DNA of 61,630 nucleotides, counting the filler, from Thermodesulfobacteriota bacterium (GTDB taxonomy: Bacteria > DASVDK01): assembly GCA_036381125.1 (NCBI GenBank). It is 4 parts of 4 records of this genome, joined end to end, with 100 filler letters (N's around TTAATTAATTAA, not from the genome) between each part and the next. Parts side by side here need not be neighbours in the genome. Positions count along the whole stretch, not along the records: positions 22,850 to 38,143 come from DASVDK010000349.1; 3 more parts are not named here. One strand, written 5' to 3'. Of this stretch, positions 22,850 through 33,948 are shown piece after piece (the stretch's first letter is position 1; each line of letters starts with the position of its first letter). The notes beneath the pieces were generated by a model. The model did no database searches. It was not told where the DNA came from and saw nothing but the letters and a program-made list of their open reading frames with translations. Both the position numbers and the translations under genes were made by a program.

Positions 22850-24305
22850 ACCCTTGGATCGTCGCGTGGCCGCGCAACGCCAGGATGCCGCCGCCGGGCC
22901 TGCCGATGTTGCCGAGCAGCAGCTGCACCAGCGTGGCGGTGCGGATGAGCTGCACGCCGCTGGTGTGCTGCGTCCAGCCGACCGCGTAGCAGATCGCGCT
23001 GGTTTTGTCGGGGCCGCTGTTGTCCAGCAGCGTCTCGGCCACCTTGGTAAACGTGTCCTTCGGCGTGCCGCAGACCCGCTCGACCAGCTCGGGGGTATAG
23101 CGCGCGTAGTGCCGCTTCATGACCTGGAACACCGTCTGCGGGTCCTGCATCGTGCGGTCCTGCTTGGGCGGCGGGCCGACCAGCTTGGCGACCTGGGCCG
23201 CGAAGCCCTGCGCCTGGCCGCCCTGCGACGTGGGCTGGGTGCTGGGCTGGGCTTGCCCGGCGGCGGCCTCGCTCTGGTAGGCCCAGGTCTTGGTGTCGTA
23301 CTTCTTGGTATCTGCGCTGAAGCCGCTGAACAGCCCGTCGAGGTCGTCGGGCCCTTTGTAGTCGGGCGAGATCAGTGTGGCCGCGTTGGTGTAGTTGAGC
23401 ACATACTCCTTGAAGAACGGCTCCTCGTTCCAGCGGCGGCTGTTGAGCACGTAGTTGATCAGGCCGCCGAGGAAGGCGATGTCCGAGCCGGCGCGGATCG
23501 GCGCGTAGAGGTGTGCCATCGCGCTCGTCCGCGTGAATCGCGGGTCGACGTGGATGATCTTCGCGCCGCGCCGCTTCGCCTCCATGACCCAGCGGAAGGC
23601 CACCGGGTGGCACTCCGCCATGTTGGAGCCCTCGACCACGATGCAGTCCGAGGCCGCGAGGCTGCCCGGATACGTCGTCGCCGCGCCACGACCAAGCCGC
23701 ACCCCCAGACCGGGGACGCTCGAGCTGTGTCAGATCCGGGCCTGGTTCTCGATGGCGACGACGCCGAGGCCCCGCAGGAGCTTCTGCTGGATGTGGTTCC
23801 ACTCGTTGTCGATCGTGGCGCCGCCGAGCGAGAACATCGCGAGCGTCTGCATCAGCGGCCGCCCGTCGGCGGTCTTCTCCTGGAACGTCTCGTCACGGGT
23901 CTTCTTGACCAGCTCGGCGACGCGGTCCATGGCCTGCTCGAGCGGCCAGACCTCCCAGGCGGTCGCGCCCGGGGCGCGGTGGAGGACCTGGGTCGCGCGG
24001 TTGGGGTTCACGTGGAGCTGGAAGGTCGCCGCGCCCTTGGGGCAGAGCGTGCCGCGGTTGACCGGGCTGTCGGGGTTTCCCTCGATGTTCACGATCCGGC
24101 CGTCCTTCACGTGGACGAGGGTGCCGCAGCCGACCGCGCAGTAGGGACAGACGCTCGGGTACACCTTCGCGTCCTTGATGCGCAGCTCCTGCGCGCGCGC
24201 CACGACGGGCGCGAGGTCCGCGCCGAGGCCTGCGAGCCCACCGAGCGCCGTGCCGGCGGCCGTGCCGACGGAGAGTCTGAGAAAGCCGCGACGGGACAGT
24301 TCCAT
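22850..24305 (-). CDS. fdnG: Formate dehydrogenase alpha subunit, FdnG type, selenocysteine-containing; 3'-truncated by contig end
   Basis: Tat signal SRRGFL, CPYCAVGCG and LCPKG Fe-S motif, ENQARI-TGA-HSSSVPGLG in frame with GSNMAECHP, DPRFTRTSA, GWTQH, ALRGH. Confidence 0.93.
23691..23729 (-). promoter_or_regulatory. Bacterial SECIS element downstream of the in-frame UGA (23732-23730)
   Basis: Hairpin GCGTCCCC-GGTCT-GGGGGTGC starting 10 nt after UGA, GU-containing apical loop as in fdhF/fdnG-type SECIS. Confidence 0.8.
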
Positions 24306-24353
24306 GGATGGGTCTCCGGGAGGGAGGACGAGCCTCGAACCAGCCCATCTGCG

Positions 24354-24369
24354 TGCAGAAAGGCTGCCA
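24354..24369 (-). promoter_or_regulatory. Candidate sigma-54 (-24/-12) promoter for fdnG
   Basis: TGGCAGCCTTTCTGCA, GG-N10-GC spacing, about 50 nt upstream of ATG. Confidence 0.55.
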
Positions 24370-24406
24370 GCCCCGTGGCAGGCGCGACACGTGCACGCGG
24401 TCGGGC

Positions 24407-24616
24407 ATGGGCCACCCGCCAGAGGACCCCCGCCGGCACCCCGTGCGCGAGCCCGACCCGACCCCGGGGCGGCCGCCGCCGGGCCGCGACGCGCCGCCCA
24501 TCGAACCCCCGCAACCGACCGACGAGCCGCCGATCGAGGAGCCACCGGGTCGGGGGCGCGGCGAGGGGACGCCCGTCGGCGATCCGCCGGGACCCGGCCG
24601 CCCGGAACGCGCGTAG
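24407..24616 (+). CDS. Small Pro/Glu/Asp-rich hypothetical protein (69 aa)
   Basis: ATG-started ORF MGHPPEDPRRHPVREPDP..PPIEPP..PPIEEPP..PVGDPP with repeated P-[IV]-x-[ED]-P units; fills an otherwise empty intergenic gap. Confidence 0.4.
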   Translation: MGHPPEDPRRHPVREPDPTPGRPPPGRDAPPIEPPQPTDEPPIEEPPGRGRGEGTPVGDPPGPGRPERA

Positions 24617-24842
24617 GCGGCGGGCGCTCGGCGCCTGACGGTTCGGCCCGCGCGTGCGGCGCCCCGTCACGCGCGAGCGGTACGAGGCGGACGGGTACGT
24701 CCGGGGGCCCGTGACCTGGTGTCGTTCGGGACGCGGCTCGCCGGCCGGGCAAGGGCGGAGCGGGGGCGCCGCGGCGAAGGTGGTACACTAGCCAACCGCC
24801 GCGCTGGTGCCGGCTCGCCATCCTGACCCTCGGAGGAACCTC

Positions 24843-25241
24843 GTGGCCCTCGAAGCCGCCGGCAGCTGCTTCGTCTGCGGCGCCGCCAACCCCGGAGGGC
24901 TGCGTCTCGCCTTCGAGGTCGACCGGGACGCCCGCACGCTGCGAACGACCTGCCGTCCGCCCGAGGTGTACCAGAGCTGGGAGGGGATCGTCCACGGCGG
25001 CCTCGTGGCCACGCTGCTCGACGAGGCGATGGGCAAGCTCGCCCAGGAGCTGGGCCGTCCGGCGCTCACCGCCGCGCTCGACGTCCGCTTCCGCCGCCCG
25101 GCGCGGGTGGGGGACACGATCGACGTGGAGGCCGCCATCGACGCCATGGACCGACGACTCATCACGGCGAGGGCCGTGGCGTACGGCCCGGGCCGGACGG
25201 TGCTCGCCGAGGCGACCGCCAAGCTGATGCCTGCCCGATGA
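24843..25241 (+). CDS. PaaI-family hotdog thioesterase
   Basis: CFVCGAANPGGL, GIVHGGLVATLLDEAMG; GGAGG RBS before GTG. Confidence 0.85.
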   Translation: MALEAAGSCFVCGAANPGGLRLAFEVDRDARTLRTTCRPPEVYQSWEGIVHGGLVATLLDEAMGKLAQELGRPALTAALDVRFRRPARVGDTIDVEAAIDAMDRRLITARAVAYGPGRTVLAEATAKLMPAR

Positions 25242-27541
25242 TCACCCGGGACGCCCTCCTCGCCTTCATGCGGGACGCCGCCTACCGGCCGATGCTCCTC
25301 GACGAGCTCGGCCGGGGCCTCGGGGTGCCGGTCGAGGACCTGCCCGCGCTCGAGCGGCTCGTACGCGAGCTGGTGGAGGAGGGGGCGGTCGTCCGCACCC
25401 GCACCGGACGCTTCGGCCTCCCCGAGCGGATGAACCTCGTGGTCGGGCGCGTCGTGGTCCACCCCGACGGCTACGGGTTCCTCGTGCCCGACCGCCGGCC
25501 CGATCGGGCCGACGGCGGCGACTTCTTCCTCGCGCCCCGCAGCATCCGCGAGGTCATGGACGGCGACCGCGTGGTGGCCCGCGTCGAGCGGGAGCGGCGC
25601 GACGGCGGACGCGAGGCGCGGGTGATCCGCGTCCTCGAGCGGGCGCGCACGCGGATCGTCGGGCGCTACGAGGCCTCGCGCGGCGTCGGCTACGTCGTGC
25701 CCCACGAGAAGCGGCTCGTCCACGAGGTCGTCATCCCGCCCGACCAGGTGGCCGGCGCGGTCTCGGGCGACCTCGTGGTCGCCGAGCTGACGAGCTATCC
25801 GTCCGACCGGGGCGGTCCCGAGGGGCGCATCGTCGAGGTGATCGGCCGGCGCGAGGACCCGGACGCCGAGGCCGAGCTGATCATTCGGAAGCACGAGCTG
25901 CCGCACCGATTCGGCGCGGCCGCGCTCGCGGAGGCCGATCGGGCGGCGCGCGAACGCGCCCCGTCGGAGCCGGACATCGCCGCCTCGGGCCGCGTCGACC
26001 TCCGGGACCGGACACTGGTGACGATCGACGGCGAGACGGCGAGGGACTTCGACGACGCGGTCGGCATCGAGCCGCTCGAGGGGGGCCGGACGCGGCTCTA
26101 CGTGGCCATCGCCGACGTGTCGCACTACGTCGACCCCGGCGGGGCCCTCGACCGCGAGGCGTACGCGCGGGGCACGAGCGTCTACTTCCCGGACCGCGCG
26201 ATCCCGATGCTGCCCGAGGTGCTCTCGAACGGCATCTGCTCGCTGAACCCGCGCGTCGACCGCTACGCGCTCACCGCCGAGCTGACCTTCGACGCCGCGG
26301 CGCGGCCGCTCGAGGCGCGCATTTACCCGAGCGTCATCAGGAGCCGGGCGCGCCTCACGTACACGCTCGTGCGGCGGATCGTGGGGGATCGGGACGAGGC
26401 GGCGCGCGCGGCGCACGCCCCCCTCGTCGCCGACCTCGAGCGGATGGCCGACCTCGCCGCCCGGCTGCGCAGCCGCCGCCTTCAGCGCGGCAGCATCGAC
26501 TTCGACCTGCCGGAGCCGCAGGTCGTCCTCGACCTCGAGGGGGGGATCGAGGCGATCGTCCGCTCCGAGCGGAACCTGGCCCACCAGCTCATCGAGGAGT
26601 TCATGCTGGCGGCCAACGAGGCGGTGGCGCGCCACCTCCAGGGGCTCGACGTGCCGACCCTCTACCGGGTCCACGAGGAGCCGGCGCGCGACAAGCTCGA
26701 CGCGTTCCGGGAGTTCCTTCACAACCTCGGGTACACGCTCGGCGGCACCGCCGGCGGGCCGGTGCATCCCAAGATGTTCCAGAAGGTGGTCGACGCCGCG
26801 CGCGGCCGGCCGGAGGAGCGGCTCGTCAACACCGTGATGCTCCGGACGATGACGCAGGCACACTACTCGACCGAGAACATCGGCCACTTCGGCCTCGCCT
26901 CGCCCGCCTACACCCACTTCACCTCGCCCATCCGACGCTACCCCGACCTCGTGGTCCACAGGATCCTGCACGAGGTGGGGGCGCACGGTCGCCTGCGGGC
27001 CGATCGTCGCGCCGCCCTCGAGCGCGAGCTCCCCGAGACGGCGCGCCACTGCTCCGAGCGCGAGCGCAAGGCGATGGAGGCCGAGCGCGAGGTGGTCGCC
27101 CTCAAGAAGTGCCAGTTCATGGCGACCCGGGTGGGCGACGAGTTCGACGGCGTCATCGCCGGCGTGACGGTGTTCGGCTTCTTCGTGGAGCTCTGCGACG
27201 TGTTCGTCGAGGGGCTGGTCCACATGTCCTCGATCGGTGACGATTACTACACCTACGTCGAGAAGGCGCACGCGCTCGTGGGGCGGCACACCCGGCGCAC
27301 GTTCCGCATCGGCGACCCCGTTCGGGTGCGGGTCGAGCGGGTCGACCTCGACAGCCGCCACATCGACTTCTCGATCGTGGAGGCCGAGGGCGCGGCCGGC
27401 CGTCGGCCCGCGAGGACCGGGAAGACGGCCAGGACGAAGGCGAAGCGCAAGGCGAAGCCGCAGCCGGCGGCGCCGGCGACCCGGGCGAAGACGAGCCTCC
27501 GGCGCACCGCGACGCAGCGCCGCGGCAAGAAGGGGAAGTAG
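25238..27541 (+). CDS. rnr: Ribonuclease R
   Basis: CSD domains, TIDGETARDFDDA, IEEFMLAANE, HFTSPIRRYPDL, S1 domain, basic tail. Confidence 0.95.
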   Translation: MITRDALLAFMRDAAYRPMLLDELGRGLGVPVEDLPALERLVRELVEEGAVVRTRTGRFGLPERMNLVVGRVVVHPDGYGFLVPDRRPDRADGGDFFLAPRSIREVMDGDRVVARVERERRDGGREARVIRVLERARTRIVGRYEASRGVGYVVPHEKRLVHEVVIPPDQVAGAVSGDLVVAELTSYPSDRGGPEGRIVEVIGRREDPDAEAELIIRKHELPHRFGAAALAEADRAARERAPSEPDIAASGRVDLRDRTLVTIDGETARDFDDAVGIEPLEGGRTRLYVAIADVSHYVDPGGALDREAYARGTSVYFPDRAIPMLPEVLSNGICSLNPRVDRYALTAELTFDAAARPLEARIYPSVIRSRARLTYTLVRRIVGDRDEAARAAHAPLVADLERMADLAARLRSRRLQRGSIDFDLPEPQVVLDLEGGIEAIVRSERNLAHQLIEEFMLAANEAVARHLQGLDVPTLYRVHEEPARDKLDAFREFLHNLGYTLGGTAGGPVHPKMFQKVVDAARGRPEERLVNTVMLRTMTQAHYSTENIGHFGLASPAYTHFTSPIRRYPDLVVHRILHEVGAHGRLRADRRAALERELPETARHCSERERKAMEAEREVVALKKCQFMATRVGDEFDGVIAGVTVFGFFVELCDVFVEGLVHMSSIGDDYYTYVEKAHALVGRHTRRTFRIGDPVRVRVERVDLDSRHIDFSIVEAEGAAGRRPARTGKTARTKAKRKAKPQPAAPATRAKTSLRRTATQRRGKKGK

Positions 27542-27543
27542 CC

Positions 27544-28509
27544 ATCGCCCTCGAGATCATCCGCGACGGCCGGCGCCTGCCGCGGCCCTTCCACCGCGCC
27601 GCCGTGGCGCTCGGCAACTTCGACGGGGTCCACCTCGGGCACCAGGCGCTCTTCGACCGGCTCAAGGCGCTCGGCGGTCGGCTCGGGGGCGACACGGTCG
27701 TCTACACCTTCGACCCGCACCCGGTCGCCTTCTTCTTCCCCGACCGGCCGCCGTTCCTGCTCACGACGCTCGAGCAGCGGCTCGAGCTGATCGAGCGATT
27801 CGGCATCCCGACCGCCGTGGTGGCCACGTTCGACGCCTCCTACGCCGCGCAGTCCCCCGAGGCGTTCGTCGAGGAGGTGCTGGTCGGCGCCCTGTCGGCA
27901 CGGGCGGTCGTCGTCGGGTACGACTTCACGTTCGGCAAGGGACGCGCCGGGACGCCGGAGGTGCTCGTGAGCCTCGGGCGCCGACACGGCTTCGAGGTCG
28001 ACGTGATCGCGCCGGTGTCGGTGGGCGGCGAGCCGGTCTCCTCGAGCCGCATCCGCCGGCTCGTGGCCGCCGGACGGGTGGAGGAGGCTGCCGCCCTGCT
28101 CGGCCGACCCTACGCCATCCGGGGGGCCGTGGTGCCCGGCCACCGGCGCGGCGGCGCCGCGCTCGGCTTTCCCACCGCCAACGTCGCCGCCGAGAACCCG
28201 GTGCTGCCGCCCAACGGCGTGTACGCGGCCCTCGTGCGCGGCCTCGGCCCCGACGCGCTCCCGGCGGGGGCGTGGGCCGCGGCCGTGAACGTCGGCGTCG
28301 CGCCGACCTTCGGCGGTGCGGGTGCGCGCACGGTGGAGGCACACCTTCTCGACTTCGACGGCGATCTCTACGGCCGGCGGCTCGAGGTGGCCTTCGTCGC
28401 CCGCCTGCGCGACGAGCGGCGCTTCCCGGACCTCGACGCGCTCCGCGCCCAGATCGCCGCCGACGTCGCCGCCGTGCGGGCGGCGCTCGCCGGGCGGCCC
28501 GCCCGATGA
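27544..28509 (+). CDS. ribF: Bifunctional riboflavin kinase/FAD synthetase; start uncertain (ATC 27544 proposed, first canonical GTG 27604)
   Basis: ALGNFDGVHLGH, TFDPHP, GYDFTFG, VSSSRIR, GFPTAN, VEAHLLDF, LRDERRF. Confidence 0.93.
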   Translation: MALEIIRDGRRLPRPFHRAAVALGNFDGVHLGHQALFDRLKALGGRLGGDTVVYTFDPHPVAFFFPDRPPFLLTTLEQRLELIERFGIPTAVVATFDASYAAQSPEAFVEEVLVGALSARAVVVGYDFTFGKGRAGTPEVLVSLGRRHGFEVDVIAPVSVGGEPVSSSRIRRLVAAGRVEEAAALLGRPYAIRGAVVPGHRRGGAALGFPTANVAAENPVLPPNGVYAALVRGLGPDALPAGAWAAAVNVGVAPTFGGAGARTVEAHLLDFDGDLYGRRLEVAFVARLRDERRFPDLDALRAQIAADVAAVRAALAGRPAR

Positions 28510-29417
28510 CGATCAGCGCCGCGACCCGGCTCGTGGGGCTCCTCGGCTGGCCGGTGACCCAGTCGAAGTCGCCGGTCTTCCAGAACGCCGCCTTCGCCGC
28601 CGCCGGCCTCGACTGGCGCTACGTGCCGCTCGGGGCGCCGCCCGGACAGCTCCCGGCGGCCGTGCGGGGCCTCGCCGCCATGGGCTTCGTCGGGGCCAAC
28701 GTGACGATCCCCCACAAGGAGGCGGTGCTCGGTCTCCTCGACGCGGTCGACGACGAGGCGGCGCTGGCCGGCTCGGCCAACACGCTCGTCGTCGAGGGGA
28801 CCCGCGAGCGCCCGCGCCTGGTCGGCTACACGACCGACGGGCCCGGCTTCCTCGCCAGCCTGCGCGAGGAGACCGGCGCCGACGCGGCGGGCATGACGGT
28901 CCTCCTCCTCGGGGCGGGCGGCGCGGCCCGAAGCCTCGCCGCGGCCCTCGTGCGGGCCGGTGCGGATCGGGTGATCGTGGCCAACCGGACGGTCGAGCGG
29001 GCGCAGGCGCTCGTGGCGGCGCTGACGGGCCGGGCCGGCCGGACCCGCCTTGCGGCGCTGCCGCTCGACGCCGCGGCGCTCGCGCCCCATCTCGGGGCCG
29101 TGGACCTCGTCGTGCAGGCGACCTCGGTCGGCATGACGGGGGGCGGCGCGCCGGCGGCGATGCCGGCCGTCGACATGGACCGCCTGCGCCCCTCGACCAT
29201 TGCCGCCGACCTCGTCTACGCCCCCCCGCGAACGCCCTTCCTCGCCGCGGCCGAGGCGCGGGGCCTGCCGCGGTTCGGCGGCGCCGGCATGCTGCTCCAT
29301 CAGGGGGCGCTCGCGTTCGAGCGCTGGACGGGTCGCACGGCCCCTCTCGAGGTCATGCGCCGCGCCCTCGCCGGCGCCCTCGGCACGCCGGTCGGGCCGC
29401 GGGAGCGCGAGGCCTGA
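28506..29417 (+). CDS. aroE: Shikimate dehydrogenase
   Basis: GLLGWPVTQSKSP, GANVTIPHK, GAGGAA, ANRT, DLVY, GMLLHQG; ATGA overlap with ribF. Confidence 0.9.
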   Translation: MTISAATRLVGLLGWPVTQSKSPVFQNAAFAAAGLDWRYVPLGAPPGQLPAAVRGLAAMGFVGANVTIPHKEAVLGLLDAVDDEAALAGSANTLVVEGTRERPRLVGYTTDGPGFLASLREETGADAAGMTVLLLGAGGAARSLAAALVRAGADRVIVANRTVERAQALVAALTGRAGRTRLAALPLDAAALAPHLGAVDLVVQATSVGMTGGGAPAAMPAVDMDRLRPSTIAADLVYAPPRTPFLAAAEARGLPRFGGAGMLLHQGALAFERWTGRTAPLEVMRRALAGALGTPVGPREREA

Positions 29418-29425
29418 CCTCCCCG

Positions 29426-29445
29426 ATCGGAACGATCGTTCCGAT
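29426..29445. promoter_or_regulatory. Perfect 20-bp palindrome, possible operator
   Basis: ATCGGAACGATCGTTCCGAT between aroE and pilB; function inferred only. Confidence 0.45.
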
Positions 29446-29582
29446 TCGCAACTTCCCGACTCCGCAGGAAAAAGCGACGCGCAGCGCGGCAACGGCGCGC
29501 CCGCGTGCGCCGCGCGGGTGACGCGGTGCGCGCCGGCCGCCGGGGAAGGTCCCCCGGGTGCCGCGGAGCGACAACTTTGCGC

Positions 29583-29611
29583 TTGACAGCCCCCGGCCCC
29601 TCGCGTAGGTT
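29583..29611 (+). promoter_or_regulatory. Sigma-70-type promoter upstream of pilB
   Basis: TTGACA-17 nt-TAGGTT. Confidence 0.6.
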
Positions 29612-29779
29612 CCCGCCGCTTCGCGGGGCCGCTGCGCCCCGGCACGCGGGCCGGTTGCGGCCCGATCGCGGCGGGAACGAGCCGCGAGCCGGGGCGGCCG
29701 CGGCGTTCGCCGCCGCGGAGGCCGGGTCGGTCCCGGCCGGAGCGAATGGCGACCGCGAGGCGGTGTTGGCGGAGGCGGG

Positions 29780-31480
<1,701 letters not shown>

Positions 31481-31545
31481 CGAGCCGAAGCGGACGTCGC
31501 GCGGCGGCTCGACAGGGACGAACACCGCGACAGGATGGGGGACCC

Positions 31546-32700
31546 GTGGCCAACCTGCACGAACTGCTCAAGACGATGATCGAGAAGGGGGCGTCGGACC
31601 TCCACATCACGACCGGCACGGCGCCGATGCTCCGCATCCACGGGCACCTGCAGCCGCTGCCCGGGGCGCCCCTCAGCGCGGCCGAGACGAAGCAGCTCTG
31701 CTACTCGATCCTCACCGACGCCCAGAAGCACAAGTTCGAAGAGGAGAACGAGCTCGACCTGTCGTTCGGCGTGAAGGGGCTCTCGCGCTTTCGCGCGAAC
31801 ATCTACGTCCAGAAGGGCGCGGTGGCCGCCGCCATCCGGACGATCCCCTTCAAGATCATGACCTTCCAGGAGCTGGGCCTGCCCCAGGCGGTCGCCGACC
31901 TCGCCAAGCGGCCGCGCGGCCTGGTGCTCGTGACCGGGCCGACCGGCTCGGGCAAGTCGACGACGCTCGCCGCCATCATCGACTCGATCAACCAGACCCG
32001 TCACGACCACATCGTGACGATCGAGGACCCGATCGAGTACCTGCACCCGCACAAGAACTGCCTCGTGAACCAGCGCGAGGTGCACGCGGACACGAAGAGC
32101 TTCAAGACGGCGCTCAAGTACATCCTCCGGCAGGACCCGGACGTGGTCCTGGTCGGCGAGCTGCGCGACCTCGAGACGATCGAGGCGGCGCTGACCGTGG
32201 CCGAGACCGGCCACCTGGTCTTCGCCACGCTCCACACGAACGGCGCCGTCCAGACGATCAACCGTATCGTCGACGTCTTCCCGCCCCACCAGCAGCAGCA
32301 GGTCCGGGCGCAGCTCTCCCTCTCGCTCGAGGGGGTGCTCTCGCAGGTGCTGATCCCCAAGCTGGGCGGCGGCGGGCGGGTGCTCGCGCTCGAGATCATG
32401 ATTCCGAACTCGGCCATCCGCGCCCTCATCCGCGACGACAAGGTCCACCAGATCTACTCGCAGATGCAGGTCGGCCAGGACAAGTACGGGATGCAGACGA
32501 TGAACCAGTCGCTGCTCTACCTGTACCAGAAGCGGCTCATCAGCCTCGAGGACGCGCTCGGCAAGAGCTCCAACCCGGACGAGCTCAAGCAGATGCTGGG
32601 CGGCGCGGCGCCGGCGGGCGCGGGCGGGCTGCGGCCGGGGATGCCGGGACAGCCGGGCATGCCGCGGCCGGCGGGCATGCCGCGGCCGGCGGGCCGGTAG
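31546..32700 (+). CDS. pilT: Type IV pilus retraction ATPase PilT
   Basis: GASDLHIT, GPTGSGKSTT, NQREV, AETGHLVFATLHT, AIRALIRD, GMQTM. Confidence 0.96.
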   Translation: MANLHELLKTMIEKGASDLHITTGTAPMLRIHGHLQPLPGAPLSAAETKQLCYSILTDAQKHKFEEENELDLSFGVKGLSRFRANIYVQKGAVAAAIRTIPFKIMTFQELGLPQAVADLAKRPRGLVLVTGPTGSGKSTTLAAIIDSINQTRHDHIVTIEDPIEYLHPHKNCLVNQREVHADTKSFKTALKYILRQDPDVVLVGELRDLETIEAALTVAETGHLVFATLHTNGAVQTINRIVDVFPPHQQQQVRAQLSLSLEGVLSQVLIPKLGGGGRVLALEIMIPNSAIRALIRDDKVHQIYSQMQVGQDKYGMQTMNQSLLYLYQKRLISLEDALGKSSNPDELKQMLGGAAPAGAGGLRPGMPGQPGMPRPAGMPRPAGR

Positions 32701-32731
32701 GCTCGGGGCCCGGAGGGCCGGAGGGCGGACG

Positions 32732-33943
32732 ATGCCGATCTTCACGTACGAAGGCAGGACGGCGCAGGGGCAGGTCACCCGCGGCGAAATGGAGGGGGTC
32801 TCGGAGGCGGCCATCCGGATCCTCCTGCGCCGGCAGGGGATCACGCCGACGAAGGTCTCCCAGAAGGGCCGGGGCCTCAACATGGAGATCCGGATCGGCG
32901 GCAACTCGGTCGCCGAGAAGGACCTCGTCGTCTTCACCCGGCAGTTCGCCACCATGATCGACGCGGGCCTGCCGCTCGTGCAGTGTCTCGACATCCTGTC
33001 GCAGCAGCAGACGAACCCGTTCTTCAGGAAGACGATCACGAGGATCAAGGAAGACGTCGAGGGCGGCTCCACGTTCAACGAGGCCCTGGCCAAGCACCCG
33101 AAGGTCTTCGACGAGCTGTACGTCAACCTCGTGGCCGCGGGCGAGGTGGGCGGCATCCTCGACACGATCCTGAACCGCCTCGCCGCCTACATCGAGAAGT
33201 CGATGAAGCTCAAGAAGCGGATCAAGGGGGCGATGGTCTACCCGGGCGTCATCGTCACGGTTGCCGTCGGCGTCGTCGCGATCCTGCTCGTCTTCGTCAT
33301 CCCGATCTTCGCCAAGATGTTCGCCGACTTCGGCGGCGAGCTGCCGGCGCCGACCAAGATCGTCATCGGGCTGTCGGAGTGGCTGAAGAGATGGATCGTC
33401 CCGATCCTCATCGGCGCCGGCGTCTTCGCCTTCCTCTTCAAGAAGTGGTACGGGACGCAGAGCGGCCGGCGGATCGTCGACCGGAACATCCTGCGCCTCC
33501 CGGTCGTCGGCGACCTCATCCGGAAGATCGCCGTGGCCCGGTTCACGCGGACGCTCGGCACGATGGTCTCCTCGGGTGTGCCGATCCTCGACGGCCTGCA
33601 GATCACGGCCAGGACGTCCGGCAACAAGACGGTCGAGGCGGCGATCATGGCGACCCGCGTCTCGATCAGCGAGGGCAAGACCATCGCCGAGCCGCTCCAG
33701 AAGAGCGGGGTCTTCCCCTCCATGGTCTGCCAGATGATCGCGGTCGGCGAGTCGACCGGCGCGCTCGACAACATGCTCAACAAGATCGCCGACTTCTACG
33801 ACGACGAGGTCGACAGCGCCGTCGGCGCCCTCACCGCCCTCATGGAGCCGGCGCTCATGGTGTTCCTGGGGGTCGTCATCGGCGGCCTGGTCATCGCCAT
33901 GTACCTGCCGATCTTCAAGATCGCGGGTGCGGTGGGCGCCTAG
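32732..33943 (+). CDS. pilC: Type IV pilus inner-membrane platform protein PilC
   Basis: FTRQFATMIDAGLPL, AGEVGGILD, AMVYP, VGESTG, AMYLPIF. Confidence 0.95.
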   Translation: MPIFTYEGRTAQGQVTRGEMEGVSEAAIRILLRRQGITPTKVSQKGRGLNMEIRIGGNSVAEKDLVVFTRQFATMIDAGLPLVQCLDILSQQQTNPFFRKTITRIKEDVEGGSTFNEALAKHPKVFDELYVNLVAAGEVGGILDTILNRLAAYIEKSMKLKKRIKGAMVYPGVIVTVAVGVVAILLVFVIPIFAKMFADFGGELPAPTKIVIGLSEWLKRWIVPILIGAGVFAFLFKKWYGTQSGRRIVDRNILRLPVVGDLIRKIAVARFTRTLGTMVSSGVPILDGLQITARTSGNKTVEAAIMATRVSISEGKTIAEPLQKSGVFPSMVCQMIAVGESTGALDNMLNKIADFYDDEVDSAVGALTALMEPALMVFLGVVIGGLVIAMYLPIFKIAGAVGA

Positions 33944-33948
33944 CCGCC

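Noticed and set aside
23730-23732. fdnG as a nonsense-disrupted pseudogene
   Set aside because: The TGA is at the Sec/Cys ligand position and is followed by a SECIS-like hairpin
32600-32700. PilT C-terminal PGM/PRPAG repeats (18-bp tandem duplication)
   Set aside because: Low-complexity disordered tail with no evidence of specific function
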